A stretch of 64,000 nt of DNA from a virus. Location: the IMG/VR virus record IMGVR_UViG_3300031952_002809, positions 1 to 64,000 of that record. One strand, given 5' to 3'. Made by a program: the position numbers and the translations under genes. This document shows, one piece after another, positions 49,451 to 57,279 of the stretch. The notes beneath the pieces are model-generated. The model was not told where the DNA came from and ran no database searches. It worked only from the letters and a program-made list of their open reading frames with translations. Every line of letters begins with the position of its first letter. Position 1 is the first letter of the stretch.

Positions 49451-50533
49451 ATGCAAGTACAGATATCGGCAAGAGAGCTGGAGGACTGCCTTATTTATAT
49501 ACGGAAGGCTGTCGTACGAACTAAGTCAGTGATATCATCATCTATTGGAATTCAATTCCTTTTTAAAGATGGTATTCTTCGTCTGTATAGTTCAAATGGA
49601 GTTCAACCTTGCGAAGTTACATTTGGTGCTATTGCTTGTTCCAACTTTAATTGCGTGTTGGAGTTTTCCGTTTTATATAAAATAGTATCTCTTTCAGAAT
49701 CAGGTATGCTTGAGTTAACATTTGAATCTGATTCACTTTCTATTGTTTCAGGTAAAAATGAATATAATTTGGTGTACCTGACTGAAAGAGATTACTCTTT
49801 GCTTATTAATGATATCAGAGTAGAGGATACACCAATTGTTGAAATTCCAATAGCAGAGTTACGGAAAGCCGTTTTATTTCTATCTATATGTATACCGTCT
49901 TCTGCAATGTATTCTCGTTTCAGAGGAGTAAATTTTGATGGAAATCTGGTAGCAACAAATACGCATGGATTTGCTTACTATACAATGAATTTGACTATTG
50001 CTGAACCACTATTTATTTCAATAGAAAGTTTTAATTTGCTGGCTGGTATGGAAATTGCTGATGGTACTATTCTCTTGCATAAGAATGGAAATTGTGTTAT
50101 CGCTTCAGTTGGAAGAGCTCGGTACCTTATATCACTTATGGCAAATGCATTTCCTAAATATGATAGGATTGTGCAACGATTGAATAAGCATACACATACA
50201 GTTAGCATACCGAAAGATTTGTTTCTAAAAGCTTGCAAAAAGCTATCCTCATTCGTAGATGCTGATAGAAAGAATGCTGTATTTATTACTATTACTTCGG
50301 AAGAGATGTCATTGGCTGCTCGAGCAGAAACGAGAAAAGGTAAAGAAGTAATCGCAGTAGAAACTGAAAATATTTCAAATGAAGTGTCATTCTCTGTAAA
50401 TCTTGTGGATATTCTTGGATATGCTACTCGAGTTTCAGATACTACTGTACGGTTATCTTTTAATGGTACTATTGATGACTACGCCATTCGGGATGGTGGA
50501 GCCTGGTATATAGACAGAACATTAACAATATGA
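49451..50533 (+). CDS. Sliding clamp (DnaN-like beta subunit)
   Basis: 360 aa; RGVNF..LVATN.H, AFPKYDRIV and FSVN..DIL match beta-clamp patterns. Confidence 0.7.
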   Translation: MQVQISARELEDCLIYIRKAVVRTKSVISSSIGIQFLFKDGILRLYSSNGVQPCEVTFGAIACSNFNCVLEFSVLYKIVSLSESGMLELTFESDSLSIVSGKNEYNLVYLTERDYSLLINDIRVEDTPIVEIPIAELRKAVLFLSICIPSSAMYSRFRGVNFDGNLVATNTHGFAYYTMNLTIAEPLFISIESFNLLAGMEIADGTILLHKNGNCVIASVGRARYLISLMANAFPKYDRIVQRLNKHTHTVSIPKDLFLKACKKLSSFVDADRKNAVFITITSEEMSLAARAETRKGKEVIAVETENISNEVSFSVNLVDILGYATRVSDTTVRLSFNGTIDDYAIRDGGAWYIDRTLTI

Positions 50534-50543
50534 GAGGTTATAC

Positions 50544-52751
50544 ATGGATCTTCCTGATATCGTGAATGAGATAAATAAAAAGAAAAAGACTACTAAAATA
50601 ACAACATTAGATTTAGCTAAATCTTTCAGATTGAAGAGATTTTTTTCAGGATCATTTGGTACGGACTATATTACGGGTGGTGGGTTTGCTTACCGTAGAA
50701 TACAACTATTGTTTGGTGCAAAAAGCTGTATCGATGGGGATTCTTTTTTATGGTATGAGATTTGGAAAAACAATAAGAGGGCTAACAGTAAGGGCGGTAC
50801 TATACGAAATTTGTATAAAAGATTTACTGATGTAACCAAGACAGGTAGAAAACCTATGAGTAACGACTTGGCTACATACTATGTAAAATCAGTTGATGAT
50901 GAAGGATATGTAGTTAGGAATGAGATACTAAATGTGGTAAAAACAGGCAAGAAGAAATGTTTTGAGGTTTCTGTTTCTTCAGGAGAACAGCTTACGTCTA
51001 CAATGGAGCATAAATATTTAACTCCATCTGGATATAAAGAATTAAAGGATTTGAAAGTTGGAGATATTGTTTATGTGAATAGAAATAACAGAGTTAAAGG
51101 CAGGAAAAAGCATACTTCTCGACCAGCTATTTGTGTTAAATATCATCCTTATTTTCCTGTAAAGATAGTTAAGGATAAATATAAAGGGGTTGAAAAAGAT
51201 TACCCCTACTATAGAGGTCAGCAATCAAGAATAGTATATGAAGCGTGCTTAAATGACATGACGTATGATCAATATGTTTCTATACTCAATACTGCATCAA
51301 AGGAAGAAATCAATAAATTAAAATTCTTACCTGTAGATATACATGTTCACCATAAAGATGAAAATTTTTTAAATAATGATATATCAAACCTTGAGCTTAT
51401 TGATCCATCAGAGCATGGGAAATTGCATATGTTGGATAGGCTAAAGAATCTAATGATCATTGTAGATGAGGCTACGATACTGTCGATAGAGCCTGTTGGT
51501 GAAAGGGAAACTTTTGATATTCAATGCGCGTATCCATATAATAACTACATTGCAAATGGAATTGTTGTTCATAATTCAGGTAAGAATGCTTTGCTTAATC
51601 AAACTACAGCATACTTGCAAAGACAATGCAGGTGTTGTCACGGCGTTCACCCTGATTTCTTTAGTGGAGCTCAAGCAAAAGATCAATGGGCATTTATTTT
51701 GCACAGTGTTATGGGTTATGGAATTTGCAAATGTGAGGCACCTCAGCCAAAAAAAGTATTCATTCTTGATTTTGAACGCGCCCTGGCAATCGAAGAGACT
51801 CGCTCTATAAAGATATTGAATATTACCAACAATATAACCGGTGATGATATAGATGAGCTTGATTATAATGATGCTATTGCAACTATGGCTGAATTGCAGG
51901 TATCATCTATTCTTACACCTGAACAAAAAATAGAAATCAAAAAATGTGAAGATTTTATAAAGAATTGTTCTATCAAAGAACAAACTATAAATCAGATAGC
52001 CATAACCGATTATCTTAAAAAATGTGGTGTTGATATAAACCAACTTCTTGTTGCAGATCCTGAAGATACTGAAGAAGGTATTGAGCTTGTTCGAGATATG
52101 ATCCGTGCGAAAGAAGTGGATGCTATTATTTGGGATTCCCTTCAGGCAGCAATACCACGCTATGTAAAAGACCGTGCTGCTGATCAAGCAACAATGGGCG
52201 TTGAGGCTAAGCAAAATGGTTTGCTCATGCGGCATGTTTGTAGTGCTTTCGCTGCTGCAAATCTTTTAGATGAGAGTGAGGCGTATAAGCCAGCATTATT
52301 CATAACAAGTCAGGTTCGTGCTAGTTTGGGTGGGTTTGTTTCTACACCTGATACGTATTCTGGTGGTAACGCTATTCAACACCACATCTCATTAGCTCTT
52401 GAAGTTAAGCGTGAGAAGTTTCTCAAAGAAGACGGAACTGATGCTGAGTTCAAAGATGATTTTTATGGTCAAAGAGTGCGCCTTCGTGCTGATAAAAATA
52501 AACTGAGTTCTCCTGGAGATATGTATGAGTATGAATATTTCTTTAGAGAGGGAGAAAATTTCCCTGTAGGTATTGATTCAGTTGGCGAACTTATCAATCT
52601 TGGTGTAAAGGTTGGATTAATAGATAGAGCTGGTCCATACTACTCAGTAGGAGATAAGAAATTTCAAGGAATGAAAGCGCTGAAGGATGCTTTTAGAGGT
52701 GATAGTAAATTCGCTCAGGAAATTTATATACAATTAATACAGAAGTTATGA
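50544..52751 (+). CDS. recA: RecA-like recombinase with an intein in the P-loop
   Basis: GGGFAYRRIQLLFGAKS|SGK, LDFERAL, IIWDSL, TSQVR, SGGNAI, KNKL. Confidence 0.88.
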   Translation: MDLPDIVNEINKKKKTTKITTLDLAKSFRLKRFFSGSFGTDYITGGGFAYRRIQLLFGAKSCIDGDSFLWYEIWKNNKRANSKGGTIRNLYKRFTDVTKTGRKPMSNDLATYYVKSVDDEGYVVRNEILNVVKTGKKKCFEVSVSSGEQLTSTMEHKYLTPSGYKELKDLKVGDIVYVNRNNRVKGRKKHTSRPAICVKYHPYFPVKIVKDKYKGVEKDYPYYRGQQSRIVYEACLNDMTYDQYVSILNTASKEEINKLKFLPVDIHVHHKDENFLNNDISNLELIDPSEHGKLHMLDRLKNLMIIVDEATILSIEPVGERETFDIQCAYPYNNYIANGIVVHNSGKNALLNQTTAYLQRQCRCCHGVHPDFFSGAQAKDQWAFILHSVMGYGICKCEAPQPKKVFILDFERALAIEETRSIKILNITNNITGDDIDELDYNDAIATMAELQVSSILTPEQKIEIKKCEDFIKNCSIKEQTINQIAITDYLKKCGVDINQLLVADPEDTEEGIELVRDMIRAKEVDAIIWDSLQAAIPRYVKDRAADQATMGVEAKQNGLLMRHVCSAFAAANLLDESEAYKPALFITSQVRASLGGFVSTPDTYSGGNAIQHHISLALEVKREKFLKEDGTDAEFKDDFYGQRVRLRADKNKLSSPGDMYEYEYFFREGENFPVGIDSVGELINLGVKVGLIDRAGPYYSVGDKKFQGMKALKDAFRGDSKFAQEIYIQLIQKL
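50727..51575 (+). mobile_element. Intein (283 aa) with an HNH endonuclease in RecA
   Basis: CIDGD ... STMEH ... HVHHKDENFLNNDISNL..EHGKLH ... IVVHN before Ser. Confidence 0.93.
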
Positions 52752-53248
52752 AAAAGATAAAGTTCTCACGAAAACGGGAAAATGATATAGCTGATGACAC
52801 TGGAGGGAAGAGACACGCTCGTAGTGGTGGATTGTGGTGGAAGAAGGGTGATGCTAGTACTGTAGATTTTCTATTTGAGGATAAATTTACAGAGAAGGAA
52901 CATTATTCTGTAACAGCATTAGTACTTCAGAAGATTGAAAAGGAAGCAATGACTATAGGAAAACTTCCTATTTTTCGTATAGGATTCATTTCAAGATATG
53001 GCAATGCTGACTACGCTATTCTTCGATTCAAAGATTGCAAGATTGATCCTATTGAATATACGAAAATACCTCTAGAGATATCAAAGAATAAAAGCATACG
53101 TCTATCTTCTGATAGATTGCGGGGATTGCAGATTACAGGAGATAAATTTGTAATGCGTTTTTGGCTCATTGAAAAGGAATATATAATCATGAATTGGTAT
53201 TTTTTTGTTTCGATAAAGCATAAAATAATAGTAGGAGAACAATTATGA
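52748..53248 (+). CDS. PD-(D/E)xK resolvase/endonuclease
   Basis: RENDIA..SGG..KGD..LFEDKFT. Confidence 0.7.
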   Translation: MKKIKFSRKRENDIADDTGGKRHARSGGLWWKKGDASTVDFLFEDKFTEKEHYSVTALVLQKIEKEAMTIGKLPIFRIGFISRYGNADYAILRFKDCKIDPIEYTKIPLEISKNKSIRLSSDRLRGLQITGDKFVMRFWLIEKEYIIMNWYFFVSIKHKIIVGEQL

Positions 53249-53946
53249 GTCGTTGTCTGGTATGTCATGGGAGTGGGTGGGCCATACGCTATAATGAAAA
53301 GAATAAACAAGATGAATCAGAGCCTTGTGAATGTCGTCGTGAACGGGATGAAAGAGATGCTTTTCGAACTAAATTGGTTAAAGCGTGCATACCTCCAGAA
53401 TATTGGGAGTATACATTGGAGAATTATTTAACTTTGCCTCTTGGGGACTCTATTGTAAATAAGGCGAATGCTCTCAGTGTTTACGAATTGAGAAAATATA
53501 TGACTGATCCATTACTATTTTTAAATAGCTACAATGTATTGTGGATATGGGGAAGAAAACCAAATGCTGGTCATACTTCTCTTGCAGTAATATTTGCTGT
53601 AGAACTATTGAAAAACAAATATAAAGTTCGTTTCATGCGCATGCAAGATTTAGTATCAGCGTTTACGGATTTCGAATCTAAAAAAGATTTCTTTACGTAT
53701 CTTGAAAAATTTGATGTATACTTACTTGATGATGCATTTGATGCGAATAGGTGTATTGTACCAGGAGATTATACAAATATTCATTTATTTAATTGGATGA
53801 GCGCTGCTATGTCAAACAAGAAGCATTTTATTTGTACATCGAAAGTAGATATAGTGCAGATAAGCGATAAGTTTGAACAATCGAAGCATCTTCTATTGAA
53901 GTCAAGGCTATCCTTGGAATTTCATGGGACGTTAAAGAGAGACTAA
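53245..53946 (+). CDS. DnaC/IstB-like helicase loader homologue with a degenerate Walker A
   Basis: CLVCHGSG..CEC zinc motif; WGRKPNAGHT; YLLDD. Confidence 0.65.
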   Translation: MSRCLVCHGSGWAIRYNEKNKQDESEPCECRRERDERDAFRTKLVKACIPPEYWEYTLENYLTLPLGDSIVNKANALSVYELRKYMTDPLLFLNSYNVLWIWGRKPNAGHTSLAVIFAVELLKNKYKVRFMRMQDLVSAFTDFESKKDFFTYLEKFDVYLLDDAFDANRCIVPGDYTNIHLFNWMSAAMSNKKHFICTSKVDIVQISDKFEQSKHLLLKSRLSLEFHGTLKRD

Positions 53947-53948
53947 TA

Positions 53949-54164
53949 ATGGCGAAGTTACTTACATATAAATGTGCTGGCATTGAATTTGATTTTTACG
54001 ATACAGAAAGAGTTCCGGTTATCAAGTCAGACGTAAAATATTTTATGACACCGGGGCGGCTGAAGGAAGTGTGCGAATGGATGAAGATTCGTACTGTTAC
54101 TTCAGTGACTACTTCTGATCACATGGAAGAATTGATTGCTATAGGATTACTTGGGGAATACTAA
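53949..54164 (+). CDS. Hypothetical protein
   Basis: Tightly packed between neighbours. Confidence 0.55.
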   Translation: MAKLLTYKCAGIEFDFYDTERVPVIKSDVKYFMTPGRLKEVCEWMKIRTVTSVTTSDHMEELIAIGLLGEY

Positions 54165-55105
54165 TGATCGATGTCGAAAAGATTCTGACTACCCTGGGTA
54201 TTGAATATCGTGGGGGCGGGACAAACAATTTTAAAATATTTTGCATAAATCCTGCACACCAGGAAAAGAAACCATCGATGTATATACATAAAGACAATGG
54301 TCAAATACATTGTTTTGGGTGTAATTATACTGGTTCTTTGTTTACTCTTCTTCGAGTAAGCAAAGGTGTTTATGGATTAGAAGCATTACTCTACCTTCAA
54401 AAGTTTGCTGTCGGTGGTCAGACTGAGAGTGAGGTACGAAAATCTTTGGAGGAGATAATACAATCACGCTCAGCTGAAAAATCCATTATTCGATACGCGT
54501 CTGTCGAGTTACCTGAGCATAGACTGCTTACAAACCATTTGTATCTCGATAAGCGCGGTATTACTTCTGCTGAGATACAAAATTGGGGAATGGCTGTTAT
54601 TACTGGTGGAAGAAACATTGGTTGGATTCTAATTCCCATCTACCAAGATGGTATCCTTCGAAATTATTTTATGCGAAATAGTTTTGGAGAAGGAAAATTG
54701 TATGGAAACTATCCAAGAAAAGACTTGTTGGCGGGATTAGATTATGCTTTAGACCTATCTCAGCCACTTTATATTTCTGAGGGTATTTTTGATTCTCTTG
54801 CTATTGGACGTACGGGTGTTCAATCAGTCGCTTGCCTGTCAAATAGACTATTACCCGAACAACTCGAGCGGTTAAAGCTATACAAAAAAATAGTTATTGT
54901 TCCTGATACCGACTCACGAGGCATCGATCTCGTTGAGAGTGCTGGCCCACTTATACATAATAGAGAAGTCGTTGTTTGTAAATTACCATCACATAAGAAG
55001 GATGCTGCAGAGTGTACCCATACTGAAGTAAAGCAGGCTTTACTTGAAGAAATACCATGGAATATCTATATGATTGAGAAGAAAATTATTTCAAAATTTA
55101 ATTGA
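54164..55105 (+). CDS. dnaG: DNA primase (CHC2 zinc finger plus TOPRIM)
   Basis: CINPAHQEKKPS..HCFGC; EGIFD; PDTD; KDAAE. Confidence 0.9.
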   Translation: MIDVEKILTTLGIEYRGGGTNNFKIFCINPAHQEKKPSMYIHKDNGQIHCFGCNYTGSLFTLLRVSKGVYGLEALLYLQKFAVGGQTESEVRKSLEEIIQSRSAEKSIIRYASVELPEHRLLTNHLYLDKRGITSAEIQNWGMAVITGGRNIGWILIPIYQDGILRNYFMRNSFGEGKLYGNYPRKDLLAGLDYALDLSQPLYISEGIFDSLAIGRTGVQSVACLSNRLLPEQLERLKLYKKIVIVPDTDSRGIDLVESAGPLIHNREVVVCKLPSHKKDAAECTHTEVKQALLEEIPWNIYMIEKKIISKFN

Positions 55106-55131
55106 CTTTATACATCGAGTGAATGTATATG
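55102..55131 (+). promoter_or_regulatory. Sigma70-like promoter with a palindromic operator, upstream of the KTSC-RHH-tubulin genes
   Basis: TTGACT at 55102; TATACAT-N7-ATGTATA at 55109-55129. Confidence 0.6.
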
Positions 55132-55151
55132 ATTTTTAAGGAGACATATTT

Positions 55152-55391
55152 ATGGAATTAAAAAATGTTGTTTCTTCTAATATTGCCCAGGTTGGGCACG
55201 ACCCGAATCAGAATGTATTGATTGTTAGATTTAAGAATGGGGTATACTATCGTTATGATAATGTATCGGAACAGGTATATAATAATTTTATTACTGCTCA
55301 ATCAATTGGAAAATATTTTCAATCATACATTCGTAACGCCTATCCATTTAAAAAAATTGAGGTTAATGAAGGAGTTGAGATACGTCTATGA
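55152..55391 (+). CDS. KTSC domain protein
   Basis: VVSSNIAQVGHD..LIVRFKNG..YRYDNV..AQSIGKYF. Confidence 0.9.
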   Translation: MELKNVVSSNIAQVGHDPNQNVLIVRFKNGVYYRYDNVSEQVYNNFITAQSIGKYFQSYIRNAYPFKKIEVNEGVEIRL

Positions 55392-55543
55392 ATAGAAGAC
55401 AAATTTATCTTACGGATTATGAGGTCGAGGAAATTAAAAAATATGCATTTGAGCTAGGGATATCAATGTCTGAGTACATTCGAAGGGTAATAGATGACCA
55501 TCTTGAAAAAAAGAAGAAGAAGGTAGCCACTGCTGGGATATAA
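55388..55543 (+). CDS. CopG-like ribbon-helix-helix protein, 51 aa (below the ORF-track cutoff)
   Basis: Manual translation MNRRQIYLTDYEVEEIKKYAFELGISMSEYIRRVIDDHL...; ATGA overlap with the KTSC stop. Confidence 0.8.
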   Translation: MNRRQIYLTDYEVEEIKKYAFELGISMSEYIRRVIDDHLEKKKKKVATAGI

Positions 55544-55549
55544 ATATAC

Positions 55550-55966
55550 ATGAATGTTACTATAGATATCAACAAGATAGGTGAGAGTATAAGTAGTTTA
55601 ATTAAAAAAAAATTGAAAACTAAGAATCTACCTGAATGTCTTGGAAATATGGCACCACCTGTTACAAGAACTACACTTACTATAGAAGATACTATTTTTA
55701 AAATAAGACACAGCATTCCAAAGGAAAATGTTGTGGCGGATGATGTAAGAAGTATTGTGGTATATCAAAAATATGATACAGATCTTATGTATGATAAATT
55801 TGTTTTGGATATTAACGGAAAGAGCGTTATCGAGGCAATAAAAGAAGAAGCGGCAACTTCCTATGTTGATCACGTTAGCGCATGTGCTCTATGCAAACAT
55901 GTTGATGTGTGTGATAAACTTACCACTCACTATTTGCAAACCATTAAATTATTGGAGGATAAATAA
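55550..55966 (+). CDS. Hypothetical protein with a C-terminal CxxC-x5-C motif
   Basis: CALCKHVDVC; TAATG-coupled to the tubulin gene. Confidence 0.65.
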   Translation: MNVTIDINKIGESISSLIKKKLKTKNLPECLGNMAPPVTRTTLTIEDTIFKIRHSIPKENVVADDVRSIVVYQKYDTDLMYDKFVLDINGKSVIEAIKEEAATSYVDHVSACALCKHVDVCDKLTTHYLQTIKLLEDK

Positions 55967-57045
55967 TGTTAGAAATGTTTAACATAATTGCATTAGGACA
56001 ATGCGGCTGTCGTATTGCAAAAGAGTTTAACAGAATTGGATTTAAAGCATGCTATATAAATTCTGATGCTGTTGATATGAGGGACTTTAACGTTCCTTCA
56101 GATAAAATACTTATGTTAGGCACTACTGGTAGCGGTAGGAGTCCTCATAAAGGAAGACAAATACTCGAAAAAAGTTTCGATAAATTTGCAAAATTTATGG
56201 ATGCTAATATCGATAAAGACAATATGAATGTATTCATAATTGGTCTTGGTGGAGGCACTGGCGGGGGTATGATTCTTCCTGCTATCGAATATGCAAAAAG
56301 TAAAGATGTGAAGGTTGGTGTTATTGCAACACTTCCTCCAAAAATGGCAGGCATGCTTGATATGGACAATGCTATGCGTGGCCTTAAAGAATTAAAGAAT
56401 CTTACTTTAAATATGTTTATTCTTGCTGATAACGATTATCTAATAGAGAAAGTTGGTCTGAGTACTGATTGGTGGCAGAAGATTAATTATCATATTCTCA
56501 CAAAAGTTGCAACTGCGTTTGATTTACTCAGAGAAAATAAATCTAGTCAGAGTGGTGTAGGTTCAATTGATAAAGGTGAGCTTGCCCGTATACTCCAGTA
56601 TGGAAAAGGTCTTCTTGATATCAGAGATGTATATTTCAATCTTCCTGAAGATTTATCTCTTCCTGATGATGAAATTAAAAAGAAATTATTTGAACCTGCC
56701 TTGGTTTCTGGTTATACATATAAGGATACACTGTTCTACCTTATTAGCGTGGATACACCCAAAAAATCTGGGTATACCGAGTTTGCTTCAAAGATATTTA
56801 ATATTACAAAGAATACATATGGTAGTTCTTTGGCCAGGGTGGGAATGTTTAATGATCCTGTATTGGATAGAGTCCTTCGTGTTACTATGATATCAGCAGG
56901 ACTTAAACTTCCAAAAGTTCTGCGATCTAAGATAAATAATCTCAAACGGGATTCTGACAGGCATGAAGTTAAGAAAAACAAAGAAGAGAGTACTGACTTT
57001 TCACCCATGAATGATATAAAGATAGATGATGACTTTGATATTTAA
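55966..57045 (+). CDS. Tubulin/FtsZ-family GTPase (TubZ/PhuZ-like)
   Basis: IALGQCGCRIA, INSD, GSGR, GLGGGTGGG signature, ADND, IDKGE. Confidence 0.92.
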   Translation: MLEMFNIIALGQCGCRIAKEFNRIGFKACYINSDAVDMRDFNVPSDKILMLGTTGSGRSPHKGRQILEKSFDKFAKFMDANIDKDNMNVFIIGLGGGTGGGMILPAIEYAKSKDVKVGVIATLPPKMAGMLDMDNAMRGLKELKNLTLNMFILADNDYLIEKVGLSTDWWQKINYHILTKVATAFDLLRENKSSQSGVGSIDKGELARILQYGKGLLDIRDVYFNLPEDLSLPDDEIKKKLFEPALVSGYTYKDTLFYLISVDTPKKSGYTEFASKIFNITKNTYGSSLARVGMFNDPVLDRVLRVTMISAGLKLPKVLRSKINNLKRDSDRHEVKKNKEESTDFSPMNDIKIDDDFDI

Positions 57046-57279
57046 ATGACAAAACAGAAACATATATACGTAAAAGACGAGACTGAGTTTGATGAACTAC
57101 AAACAGAGATAAAGATTCTCTGGTATCAGAAATATGGAGAGTCTTTATCAAATTCTGCTATACTCGTCAAAGCATATGAGAATTTAAGAGATAGCTTATC
57201 TGGCAGGGGCGACAGAACAGCATATGATATTAAGAGACAAAATATATATAAATACTGCAGAACTGGGATACAAGATTAG
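57046..57279 (+). CDS. Small putative RHH-like DNA-binding protein (possible partition adaptor)
   Basis: KHIYV strand plus helices ..LSNSAILVKA; starts immediately after the tubulin stop. Confidence 0.5.
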   Translation: MTKQKHIYVKDETEFDELQTEIKILWYQKYGESLSNSAILVKAYENLRDSLSGRGDRTAYDIKRQNIYKYCRTGIQD

